A DNA stretch of 64,000 nucleotides from assembly GCA_903813345.2 (NCBI GenBank), contig CAIIXF020000001.1, forward strand, positions 35,340,001-35,404,000, read 5' to 3'. This document shows positions 52,416-64,000 of this stretch, piece after piece; position 1 is the first letter of the stretch; every line of letters begins with the position of its first letter. Below the pieces are notes generated by a model. That model was given only the letters and a program-made list of their open reading frames with translations, ran no database searches and was not told the DNA's origin. The position numbers and the translations under genes are program-made. The stretch comes from Owenia fusiformis. Taxonomy: Eukaryota.

Positions 52416-53581
52416 AGGTCCATGTGCAGTATGGCAAGTGATTTTAGACGGTCATATCTTTCACCATGAGTTCTTTTTGGCCTTAAATACAGTGGTTTTT
52501 ATTTAAACAATATGTTTTCTTTCAAGTGAAGTACCCATGATGATAAAAATATCAATCAAACAATTCGAAAAATTATGAATAGGGACCCCATGTCAACAAT
52601 TTTTTTTTCAAAATGTTGAACCTATTTACTCAAAAGAGGATCTCCTTTTTCTGATTTTTATTGCATGAAAAGATTATTCAAAAAGGGGTCTAAAACTTCT
52701 TCAAAAGTAGAATGGTATTGAAAGTCTAATTTTGGAGATATAAATTTTCGATGACCAAAATTATGCTAAAAATAATGGATAGCACAAGTTTTCCCTATGG
52801 GAAAATAACATGGGATACATGGTTTTTAACTTTAACACATTTCAATACCAATCTCCTTTTCAGAAGTTGTTAAGATAGTCTAGAAGAAACTTTCAGTATG
52901 GTTAAATTGAGAAAAACAAGATCCTCTTTTTAGAAAATAAGCCTACATTTTTTAAAAAGTGCCAAGGTGGGGTCTTAAATCATAATTTTTCAGAGAGTTG
53001 GATTGATATTTTATTTATTTATTTATTATCATGAGGACTTCACTTGAAAGAAAACATATTGTTTTAATAATAAAGGACCCACTGTCCTGTGCTCACACAG
53101 TGTTTTGTGCAGCCAATGATCACTGACTTTATACATGAGAAAGTTCCCTGAAATGACAAAGTCCTACTTTTTGTCAAACTTTATAGAGTAAACATCAAAA
53201 ACTGTAATTTCAAGAGCTTTGAAATTTTCAGAGAACATAAGTTGCATGTACAGCAACTACTACAAGTTATTTGAAAAATTTGACTTTTGACATCAAAATC
53301 AGCAATTTCTCGGAAACCGGGCGAACTTGGGAAATTACGATGATAGGTCAAATAGGCATTATGGAAATGCATAAAATGAATGTGGATATGACTCAATCCG
53401 AATAGCAGTTTTAATTTGTGCGGCCCATGTTGACTGACAGACGGACCAATCGAAGGACGGACGCCTGGTCAATCCCATAGGCTCACTGTGTGAGCCAAAA
53501 ACCACTGTATTTATGGCCAGAAAGTACTCATGGTGAAAGATATGACTGTCTAAAATCACTTGCCATACTGCACATGGACCT
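52416..53581. mobile_element. Foldback element with an insertion (~53070-53496) in the right arm
   Basis: Ends AGGTCCATGTGCAGTATGGCAAGTGATTTTAGAC and its reverse complement. Symmetry continues inward to ~52790. Confidence 0.75.
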
Positions 53582-53887
53582 TTTGTCACTCTTCATATGG
53601 GGCTTCCAGTAGGCTGGGTACATGGGTACTAACCAGTCCTCACCATACCCTCAAGCTCACTAATACATATGGCCCCATTCCCTAGCTGTAATACCACCCT
53701 GTTGAGCAAACTCATGGGGTATGGTTAGTACCAGAGATGCATCCCTACTTCAGTCAACATTATCTTTGTCACATCCCCAGCTATAAGTGTTCTCTTACAT
53801 AAAAATAGGGTTGACCAATTGACAAAGCCAAGCTCGTGCAGAGTGTACACAATTGGCCTCTTATAGAAATAATATGCATACTATGTA

Positions 53888-54039
53888 TTAGTTCAAGCTG
53901 ACTTCTTCAAATTCACTGTCAGTTCTAAACTTTGTTAATTTCTTGCTAAGCTTCCAAACTTCAGATTGGAGGTCTGTATCATATGCTTCAGTACCAGCTC
54001 TTTCCTCATGGCCATCGCGGAAATATTTTCCTGACACAC
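53888..54039 (-). CDS. Terminal coding exon of a short-chain dehydrogenase/reductase (RDH11-14/DHRSX/WWOX-like)
   Basis: Acceptor TTTATTTCCAG| then (G)VSGKYFRDGHEERAGTEAYDTDLQSEVWKLSKKLTKFRTDSEFEEVSLN-TAA. GVSGKYF..D..A.D....LW.LS..L is the characteristic C-terminus of this SDR group. I found no upstream exons in the window. Confidence 0.8.
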
Positions 54040-54780
54040 CTGGAAATAAAAACATTAATCATGAAATCGCAATTCAAGACAAAAAGAATTATTATAAGTC
54101 TTGTATAAATCAATCCTCTGTATCTACAGGAATCACTTAAACTGGATAGAAGCATTAGCAAATTGCCATTTCCATTTGTTAGAAAATTGCTGATGGATGT
54201 ACGAAAGAAGGGATAAATTGACAAAAAGACCTTGGGACAAGCTCACTCTGGGAGCCAAACTCAATGCAGAATCATCTTAATTTTACCCATGCCTAAAGAA
54301 TTTGCTCTCTGAAGTTCAGCATTTAATAACATTCAAAGAAAAATGAATTAAACTTAACAAACAACAATGAGAACAATATCACATCAAAACCAAAAAGTAG
54401 GTGCAATGTCAAGAAATAATGGTACTTGGTTAGGGAAAACATCACCCTGTATGAATGAAGCATTAAGTCTTAAGGAAAGCCAATCATATTGACCAGAACC
54501 AGAACTTTCAATCTCATCATCCAAAAATGGTTGTGGTAAAGATGTTATTGCATACAACAGGAACATTATGTAGTAAGGAAGCAGAAATGAAAAAAGAAGT
54601 TGTTATGTAACACAAGTGCTATGTAGCTATGGTAACCACACATGGATTATTAAGAAAACACTGGACATGGAATAGGAATCAAATAACCAAAATTTGGTCA
54701 GATTCATGAATCTTAAAGCATGTACAGTGTATATGCACTCCATTTATCATCAAGTATAGCCAAAACAAATAAAGCATGTA

Positions 54781-54958
54781 CAGTAAAACCTATTTAATAA
54801 GTGGAACACCTTTGGTACCTCTAAAAAGAGTTCCAACTGTGAGGTGTTCCACTTGTAGAGGTTCATTTAACTTAAGTCAATTGGTCTTGGGACTCTGATG
54901 TATTCCACCTTAGGAGGTGTTCCACTTCTAGAGATGTTCCACTTCACAGGTTTCACTG
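54781..54958. mobile_element. pogo/Tigger-like MITE
   Basis: TA|CAGTAAAACCT ... AGGTTTCACTG|TA with GTTCCACTT repeats. Confidence 0.7.
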
Positions 54959-56639
54959 TATATAACCATCTTTCAAGACTCATTTTAATGGCACATTAAG
55001 AGCACATGTTCATATCTGTCTGGGTTCACTTTCTGACCCTTACATGCTTACTGATTATATTAATAAAAATAGTCAAACAATTTTCGATCATTTTTCATCA
55101 GAAATGTATCAAAATTCTTGAATTTTGAAGTGGGAAAAATTAAAATCCAGTCATTTTTTTATTACAGTCATAACAACATTTAATTTCACTATAAGCATGT
55201 CCTGAAATCCTGATTCCTTGCTCATTAGTGGATAGAGACAACTGAAATATTTCCCAAATTATTCATTATATTTAATGACACCAAATATACTTGACATAAA
55301 TGGGTGACATTTTAAGCCAGTATATATTCATAATATAAGGTTTACAATAAAGGGCATGTGTTGTCACAACTTTTAAGTACAGATTGGGACCTGTCTATGT
55401 CACACCCGGTGATCGTGAAAATGGGACGGAGGGGGGGAGCAGGCAATTTCTGCAAGAAAATTCAACAAATCTGAGAGATTTATTTTTTCAAGAAAAAGTT
55501 TACTATTAAATTGCTGAATTGATAGGCGCACGGTATGGTAAAATATGTTAGGTCTTCTGGGATTTTTTCTGAAACGATAGGCATCTAAGATATGAGATCT
55601 ATTAAAAAAGGCGCGAGGCAACCAACAGACACAAATCAACGTTTTAGCTATAAATCAAGCAACAATTGTCTACACGACCCGTATTAAATACTTGTAAGTG
55701 ACGATATCATAACTAAATTAATGCCATTGCTGAATTTATAAAATAAGTTTCAATACGTAAAATAAAAAATAATCGAAAATAATTATGGGACGGAGGGGGG
55801 GAGCAATATGTATCATGTCTTAATACATATTGCTCCCCCCTCCGTCCCAAAATTATTTTCGATTATTTTTTATTTCACCTATGGAAACTTATTTTACAAA
55901 GTCAGCAATAACATTAATTTTGTGACGATAATGTCACTTACAAGTATTTATTACAGGTCATGTACACCATTGTTGCTTCATTTATAGCAACAAGATTGAC
56001 TTTTGCACGTTGGTGCGTTGCGCCTTTTTTAATAGATCTTATACCCTAAAAGAGTATCGGTTGAAAAAAAATCCTAGAATACCTAACATATTTTACAATA
56101 CCGTGAGCCTATTTATTTTAGCAATTCAATAGTAAACTTCTTCTTTAAAAAATAAATCTTCCAGATTTGTTGAAAGGAGTTGGGTAAACAAGGCCATTTT
56201 AAGCCCCACCTGATTTTCAAGTTTTCTCTTTATTTTATTAATCTATGTGATATATGTGTTTCAAAAATGTATGAAAATTTAGGTCAAGGTCATATTCCCC
56301 AGGTCAAGGTCAAATGAAAAAATTCATTATTTTCTACCAAAATATACCTTTTTGGTTAAAATATCACAAATATCTGTAGGAATTTAGTCTCATAGAGGTT
56401 GGAATTACAATATATAGTAAATTGGCAATTTGCCAATAATGAGATATTTATATTAATATATTCCGCCCTTCCCACGCAACACTGAAAGAGAACAAAAGTA
56501 CCTAAAATAATGAAAATACTTTATTATTTTTAATTCATTTAAATTCAGAATGTACATTTCATGATTTTCCTCTGCCAATATCATATTTTCCCTCAGGATA
56601 AAATTCATATTCCATCCCTCCCATTATATAACCTCTATG

Positions 56640-57200
56640 TATTCAATAGCAATATCACCCAATTCAATATCGCCCAAATATGACCCAGATAATGTCCTAA
56701 TATCATAGCAACATCAACCAATTGTCAATCAAATGTCACTCTATATCAATCCAAAATAACCCAAGTATTGGCCTCATATTATTTAAGTAACAGTCCAATA
56801 TCAACCCTCTTATTTACCAAATATCACCCAATTATTCTGATTGTAATAATATCCCACTGTAAATCCAATATCAGCCAAATATGAGCCAAATAATGGACCC
56901 AATATGATAGCGATATCACCCCAATATCAATCCAATATCACCCAAATATTGGCCCAATGTGATAGCAATATCACCCAAATATCAAGCAAATATTGGCCCA
57001 ATATCAATCCAATATCACCCAAATATTAGCCCAATATTATAGCAATATCACCCAAATATAAGCCCAATTCGATAGCAATTTCTGACAAATATCAATCCAA
57101 TATTAACTTTATATCTGCCCAATTACCAACATATTGCCATTACATAAGCAATATCAAAAAATATAAGTTCTGATATCAACCTAATATCCCAACAATCTCC
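56640..57200. repeat. Low-complexity ~11-12-bp CCAATATCA-type repeat
   Basis: Repeated AATATCACCCA / AATATTGGCCC / AATATCAATCC variants. Confidence 0.85.
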
Positions 57201-57228
57201 TCCCAAATCAAACTTATATTACCTCAAT

Positions 57229-60200
57229 CACTGTGGCTAGTCGATCTATGTGGATGCAGTCAGGCACATGTAATGTTTCGTGAGTACCCGCCTCTGTACT
57301 TTTCAATGGAAGAATTTTGCACTTCTGTTTAAATAATCTATATTTACTCATCCGTGTATATCATACTTCATTGATTTACAAAACCAAAGCTACGCTATAA
57401 ACACACATTCTCTGATATTTTTACGGAGAATAGATAACTCAAACGAGTTCATTCGACCAGTTTTATCATCTCGCTCATAGCTGTGAGAAGGTATGTATAA
57501 GTTGCCATAGGTTTACCTTATAATGGGGAATAAAAATTCAAGTAATATAATTATTTCACGTACACAAATATGTCTGTGTGAAGTAAAATACAAATACAAT
57601 GCGTTTTATAATATTTTTGGCGTTATGGTATGAAATATCCGTTTTAAAAAAGCAATTTGATTATGATGTATCATGTGGATTAGTAGACGTTCTTAATGGA
57701 TTCAATGAACAGACTGCCTAGGTTTTAATTGAATCATTTTGAATGTGTGTTTTTTTAATAATTTAATCCACAGTGTCCAAGAACAATAAAAATGCTATAT
57801 TGGAAATTGGAAAGATTCCACTTACCACGATTTCAAAAAAATTGTAAATAGATAATATTATTCTTGAATTTGGGTCATTTGTTTCAAGGAATCTATAGGC
57901 TCGTTCAGCTGAGCTGACAAAATCATCAAGATTTACGGATGGTCTATCTGTTGGCTGCTCATTGTCACTTTTAAGGAATGTTAATGGCTCTGAAACGTGT
58001 AGCCTTGCCCAGGTCGGTATTTAGTTACTTATTTGATATTGAATTAATAGCACCTTGTACAATCCAAGATCCAATCCGAGATTCCCATAATACCTACGCT
58101 ACCTAAGGTTATCGCGAAACATTATTAATTGACAAGATCGCATGGACACGACCTTTGACTTCAGTCTGGTTGACCAATCAAAATGTTATCTGTTCTGATC
58201 GAGTGTTTCTTGAGAGTTACAATATATTATGTTATTAAATGTACATTGGAATGTAAGCAGTCATTAATACATTAATGACTGCTTAATTTAATTAATGGCA
58301 TTAATGACATCACTGCGATGATTTTTGAATGTTTTGCTAAGTTCCGGTAGTTCCCAGTGTTCCCAATATCTCTCACTAGGGTGGCACATGGGGCAGCGTA
58401 AAGGGGACAGTCAAACAGAAAATGAGAGATATTTGAAAGTCAATAAGATGATAAGAAAATCGCTGAGCATTCAAAGCACTAAGACCCATACGAATTCGAG
58501 AATGATTGATTGATGATCTGCTTGCCTTTCAGGAAAATAGTGGATTTTTGGGGTTGCAATGGAATAGTTTGTATTTGTGTTTGAAAGAGGAAGGTAGCTG
58601 ATGCTTTTGAGTTCTTTGCTTAGATTGTTCCATTTATTTAAAATATAAGGTAAGAAGGAGGAGGAGGTCATTTTTAATCGGCATTTGGGTAACCTAAAAT
58701 CATGGATGTTTCTGAGTAAATATCTTTGTTGGGGGTTTTGGATGAATGGTTGAATCAGGTCACTTAGGTATTGGTGTGCATTTTTATTAGAAATTTTATG
58801 AAACAGGAATAGAGCATGCATTTCTCTTCTTTTCTTTAATGTATCCCAGCCGAGCTCTTTCAAAATATTATTGTAGTTAGTGTGTCTATAAGCTCTGGTA
58901 CATATAATTGCTGCATCCCTCTGAACTTTTTCTAAGATTTTGCTTTGGTTGTCAGTACAGTTATTGTATATGACATCACAATATTCTAAGACAGATCTTA
59001 CCATCGAAAAGTAGAGAGTTTCCAAGTGTTTTTTTTATCAAGATTGTATCTAAAAGCTGATATTTTTATTAGGGATAGGCGCCGATTTGCTTTTGAGGCA
59101 AGTTTATTTATATGAGAGTTCCAGTTCATTTTGGACTGAAGAGTTAGCCCTAGGTGACAATCTTTTCGACATTCCTCAAAATGGTATTGTTTAAAGTTAA
59201 ATCAGGGTAAAGAAATTTGTTCTTTTTCAGAGTTATGGTCAAAAGTTTTGTCTTATTTGCGTTAAAAGTAACTTTCCATGTTTTGGACCATGCTTCCAGG
59301 CGTGCTAAATCACGTTGTATCTTATTTGTACTGATTAATGGGTCTGATACAATCTCCATTAGAGATGTATCATCTGCAAATAAGTTAATATCTGTTTCCA
59401 TTGATGCTACTATATCATTAATATAAAAAAAGAAATAATAAAGGGCCTAATATAGACCCTTGAGGAACACCAGCTTCAAACGCCAATCTGATTCGATTCC
59501 ATCAATAACTACCCGTTGTTTTCTATTTGAAAGGTAACTATCTATCCATTTCATGAGTTGGCCAGAAATCCAATGCATTTGTAATTTGAAAATAAGACCA
59601 CGGTGCCAAACTTTATCGAATGCCTTGGAGATATCTAGGAAGTCAAGAAGAATTTATTTTTGATCATCTAAACCATTATAGATTTTGTTCACTAAGTTTA
59701 CTAACTGATTCACAGCTGAGTCAAGTGGTTTGAAACCAGAGCTTTTGAGAGTCGGTATGTTGTTTATTAAACAAAATCTATAAATAACATTAAAAACAAG
59801 ACGCTCAAAAACTTTGGAAATGCAAGAAAGTAATGAAATTGGCCTGTAATTTCCCTTGATTTGTCTATCATCTTTTTTGAAAATCGGCGAAACATTTGCT
59901 TCTTTCAAGGTTGAAGGAAATATTCCAGTTAAAGAGAATGGTTGAAAATACCGCATAAGGATGGTGCAAGTCCTAATGCACATTCTTTTAAAAGTTTATT
60001 TGAGACATTATCTGGACCATTTGATTTAGATATATTGAGAGAAGAAAGGACTTTAAATACTTCATGCTCTTCAAATTGAATTAAATCAAGTCTTGCATTA
60101 GTAATATATGTCAAGTTTGGAAGAGGCGGATCATTTTGATTAAGTGGTAAGATAGTTTGGTCGGCGAAGTAGTTATTCAAAACGTTTGCCTTGGCTTTAA

Positions 60201-61735
60201 TGTCAGTAATTATAACATCATCATTTTCAATGAGAGGAGGTATACCTCTTGAAATTTTTGAGCCATATAAATTTTTCAAAATAGTAAAGTATAATTTAGG
60301 TGAGGTTTGATTGTCGGATAATTTTGTTTTGAGTGAATTAGTATGGTCATTTTTTTGCTTGGATGATTGCGTGTTTAACTTCGGTTCGTATTCTACAAAA
60401 TTTCTCATGATCATTTAAATTGCTAGATATTTTGAATTTATAATGAAGAGAATTCCTCTGTTTAATGAGACTTTTTATTTGTTTAGTCATCCAAGGTTTG
60501 TCTCTGTTTGAAACTGTAATGATATTTCTGTGTACATACAATTCACACAGGACCAAAATACCATGTACCAATCTCGAAGAATGTCATCTATGTTAATGTT
60601 GTGAAAATAAATTACCTCCCATGGTAAGGAGAGAAGATGGTCGCCTACAAGCACAAAGTTTTTGTTTTTGTAGTCAAATATTGTTCGTTTATATGTAAGT
60701 TTTGCTTCACGCTTAAAATTGAGTGTGCCAAAAATGAAGCAGTGGTCAAGATTTGCAAGTGGTTCACCTACCCCTGTATTCAAATAAAGCTGGGGAATCT
60801 GTTATTATAAGATCAAGAATAGAGTTACCTCGAGTCTGTGTTTGGATCATTTGATAAAGATTGAAATGAGAAAGTAAATCAACAAGTTTGTTGCTAAATT
60901 CGCTTTGATTATGTTGGGAGTCCCATGAAGTGCAAAAGTCATTAAAATCACCCAGGACAAGAGAATCTGGTTTCAGATTCACTACTTCATTCAGATTTTC
61001 AGATAAAAGATCAATAAAATGGTCAGCCTCAGTTTGGTTTATTCCTGGAGGGCGATAGCAAGTAAACTTGATTTGTGGGTATTCCAGTGGGTTGATGGGT
61101 CTTTGGCTCTGAATTCACTTCATAGGCGTACCTGGTTTCAACATTTTCATTGTCATCGTTACATGTTATGGACCCTGTTTTTCAAATAAAAGTATTAGGG
61201 ATAAAACCATAGTTTTTTCATCTGTAATGGCATTTTCCAGTTGATGGGTTTATATAAATTATTTTCAATTCTTCATGAGGCGGGTATCTTGTAATGGTGT
61301 GGCTAATCACTTTACTGAGTGAGGAATGTTTATTCAAACAATGGATACAAAGAAATCTGGCCAGTTGTCCATCAGTAAATAAATCATCATGATTAAAGTA
61401 TAATTTAATATAGCATCCATTTGTTACCGTTCTGAATCCAAATGATACATAGTGGCATCCATTTTATACATATATGTTGACGTTTACGAAATGTTTTTCA
61501 AATATCTTCCCTATAACAGGAATATGGAAGCTGAAACTTTCACACATTGTCATACTATGTATATTGAATATGTACGCAAGATTTCAAGTCACTATATTAA
61601 GTAGAAACTCTGAGATCACTCACTTCGATTTGCTGTCATTTTTTTGCAATGATCCCATTCCCTATAATGTACGCGAGTACCCACGATACATTGCATATAA
61701 ATGATTGCATCCACATAGATCGACTAGCCACAGTG
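57229..61735 (-). mobile_element. CACTGTG-ended DNA transposon derivative with 5-bp TSD and decayed ORF fragments
   Basis: TIR CACTGTGGCTAGTCGATCTATGTGGATGCA (30 bp perfect, imperfect to ~60 bp). TSD TCAAT (57224-28 / 61736-40). ORF remnants at ~61070-61460 and 57763-58020. Confidence 0.85.
58330..61066 (-). mobile_element. 5'-truncated LINE (CR1/L2 group), ORF2 with APE endonuclease and RT, frameshifted
   Basis: Motifs TCYRPPG, VLGDFN, TRGNSILDLIIT, DHC, KPWMT, KSNGPDN, NYRPISLLSCISKVFE, GVPQGSILGP, LFADDTSL and RSVLEYCDVIY appear in order across several frames. The 3' boundary is approximate. Confidence 0.92.
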
Positions 61736-63104
61736 TCAATATCACTTCTATTATTAGTTGCAATAGTCTTGACTTGTGAAGCTAAATCTTCTGTAACCTT
61801 TCTCCGTTTTCTAGGAGAATTTACCTGCTTCCTACATATGCAGCATGAATAGCATTTGGCCATTTTGAATAATCAACAAAAATGGCAGGCAAAATTTTCT
61901 ATAAAGTTCTAAAATTCACATCGAGCATAATAAGTCTCCATCAAAATTATTCTTTGTATGCAACAATATAACATTTATGTAACTAAAGAAGCACTTATTA
62001 GAGTGGAGACTTGTTATGCTCCATGTGAAAACACTCAAAGGATTACTACCTCCAGTGAATAAAAATGTCACCCAGACTCAGCATGAAATGTCCTTTCAAA
62101 GCTTTACTTACCTCTAAACTGTACATATTGTTTAAATCAATTGTATGTATGGATCAAATAAACATTCATTCATAGCTGAGTAAATTGGAATTCATCAAGA
62201 GGGTTGTAAAATATGTGAATTTTTTTCCTTCTGGCCCCCACCCTCTTTGAAGGTCTCCAGACACCGTAACAATTTTTTCTAAATTTTTTAAAAAATACTA
62301 CCCAAAAACATAGACTTCAATCTATGCATTTATGATGTTTTTTTCTCCTATTCTTAAAACAAGTTTTTTCACACTTCAATTGGGGCACTCTCTGTTGCTA
62401 GTTTACCCAACTCCTTTCTAGCAGAAATTGCCTGCTCCCCCCCCTCCGTCCCAATTCTACGATCACCGGGCGTGTATGTATTCAACTACATAGTCCTATG
62501 AATGTAAATGCTGACTTGTCACATCTTGATAGAGACCAAATAAATAAGAAATACATACATACTTAGTGGGACATTTTTATTTGAAAAGGTAACATGGGGG
62601 TACAGCAGGTCACAAAGGAGATACAAGTCTGTCAAATCAAAAGAATCATATCATTCTATTTGTGTCAATATCAAATTATCAATACATGTCTAAATACTGA
62701 GCAATATATTGAGCATAATTATATTCTTAATAGAAATCAAAAGAGAATACATGTGAAAAGGGTATTGAGGGCAGTGATTAAAAAACAAAATTACCTGAGC
62801 ATGTCAATGAACTTGTGGAGTTCATGCACATACTGAATTTGTACACTTAAAATTAAAGTTCATCTACAGGACATGAGTATTACTTGAAAGAATAACATTT
62901 AGCATGATGAAATAAAGAAACCATATAAATAAAAGGCCCACAAAAGAAGGAGAACTGGATATGAAATAATGTTTATTAAAAAATAACTTCCACAAATTAC
63001 AAAATCTCTTACGTGATGATTTCTGATTTGAATGAATCGAGGAAACTAGAACAAAACTTGTGACTGGAATACATTCTTCTATATTATAAAGCTTACCATT
63101 AATC

Positions 63105-64000
63105 ATGTGGAAAGAATTTTTGTTTGTATTAAAGGTGACTTTACCAATAGCTATGGGCTACTTGGAGCCATCTATTGGCCAGGCTTTAGATGTAATGAGT
63201 CAGACATTTACAAGAAATACCACTACAACTCTTGTTGTGCTCTCGCTAACTTTGGGGCTTGCGAGCATACTTCGTGCATACTTATCAGCAACACAGTCAA
63301 TTCAGCTGTTCATTGTATTAGTGAACTCAAAGAGAGATCTAAAGAAAGCAATTATATTTCTCCTAATCAATGGTACCATAACAGGTTCAATACTTCTTAT
63401 GATATACTTAACACCACTAGGGATAGTTATTCAATGGATATTCCATATTACTGATGTGGAATTAGCTGAAGTTCGATTTGGTGTGGCAACTTGGTGCCTA
63501 CAGCACATAATCCTGAACATAGCGAATGGGCTTTATGGATTACTGCTAAAACATAAACATACACACTTCTGCATATCATATGAAATAGTTAAAACTGTTC
63601 TTAAGATATCATAATTTTTTGCACTAATGGGAACAAGCATACTGACGACAAGACCAATTTTGATACCTACAATATCAGTGTACATTGCTTGTCTTGGGTG
63701 TTTATTGATCAGCATCATAGGATATAGGATATACCTGAAGGATACATTACCTGTTCAAAGTTCAAATGATGTAACCTATGGTCAAATGATACGATTTACA
63801 CTTCCTTTAGGAATGCAAGAACTTGTTCTAAGGAGTGAAGTTTTCATTATTTCCATAGTGTTATCTCAGATCACAACATCAAGCTCTGAGAGAAGCAGTG
63901 TGTTAGCTTCATTTCAGGTTCTTTATGCTGGTTTTATGCCATTGAGGCGATTAGTTGATATGCTAACACAGACAGTTGCAGTATATCTGTCATCAGGGAT
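63105..64000 (+). pseudogene. Intronless ANKH (progressive ankylosis protein)-like gene with one in-frame stop; runs off the window
   Basis: VLVNSKRDLKKAI and GLLLKHKH match ANKH VFVNSKRDRTKAV and GILLKHKY. After TAA at 63612-14 the same frame continues FFALMGTSILTTRPILIPTISVY..GY..LP..MIRFTLPLG.., matching ANKH PLLIPILSLY..MLSFWWPLA, with no further stop to 64000. Confidence 0.8.

Larger units (their letters stand above)
56176..62414 (-). mobile_element. Spy-like DNA transposon derivative
   Basis: Perfect TIRs GGAGTTGGGTAAAC / GTTTACCCAACTCC sit between AAA (56173-75) and TTT (62415-17) with no TSD. A residual first exon MAKCYSCCICRKQ... starts at 61863. Confidence 0.75.
55401..62474. mobile_element. 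Foldback element with CAC...GTG ends and 5-bp TSD (~835 bp empty); outer shell of a nested stack
   Basis: TIRs CACACCCGGTGATCGT / ACGATCACCGGGCGTG. TSD TATGT (55396-400 / 62475-79). Symmetry centre ~55817. The right arm is broken at 56175/62415. Confidence 0.85.

Noticed and set aside
54384..54566. Further SDR exon
   Set aside because: No SDR motif and no convincing splice sites in a compatible phase.
57229..57270. True V(D)J-type RSS or ProtoRAG end (also the internal CACAGTG at 57769-75)
   Set aside because: No ACAAAAACC-like nonamer at 12/23 spacing, the ends are symmetric, and no RAG1/RAG2 coding sequence is visible.
61636..61863. Intact 75-aa zinc-finger gene
   Set aside because: Chimeric: only the first ~42 codons belong to the Spy-like element, and the rest reads into the TIR of the inserted element.

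Overview
AT-rich, intron-containing animal genomic DNA, probably a marine invertebrate such as a lophotrochozoan (inferred from the repeat repertoire). Most short ORFs in the track are artefacts. Host genes reconstructed by hand: (1) POLR2D/RPB4, 5 coding exons, minus strand, 29367->15853, 143 aa. (2) ATP6V1F (V-ATPase subunit F), 5 coding exons, plus strand, 29635->41995, 122 aa, head-to-head with POLR2D across 267 bp. (3) An intronless class A GPCR, 46263-47339, minus. (4) The terminal coding exon of an RDH11-14/DHRSX-like short-chain dehydrogenase, 53888-54039, minus. (5) An intronless ANKH-like gene from 63105 with one in-frame TAA, running off the window. The rest is a dense set of nested mobile elements whose ends and target sites can be read at base resolution. 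They include a rearranged Academ relic, a structurally complete but decayed DIRS1-type element with ITRs and ICR, a KolobokP-like element with long terminal direct repeats, a Spy-like element in AAA|TTT, three unrelated CAC...GTG elements with 5-bp TSDs (Transib-type ends), hAT-, piggyBac-, P-, Tc1- and AcademH-type non-autonomous elements, CR1/L2-group LINE relics, HINE-like repeats and minisatellites. Three observations stand out: a KolobokP-like element and a DIRS element inserted at mirror-image positions in the two arms of one foldback element; a four-level nested stack at 55401-62474; and, in that stack, a CACTGTG-ended element carrying remnants of a protein I cannot assign to Transib. 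Family names rest on end/TSD signatures and motifs read by eye; no database search was run.
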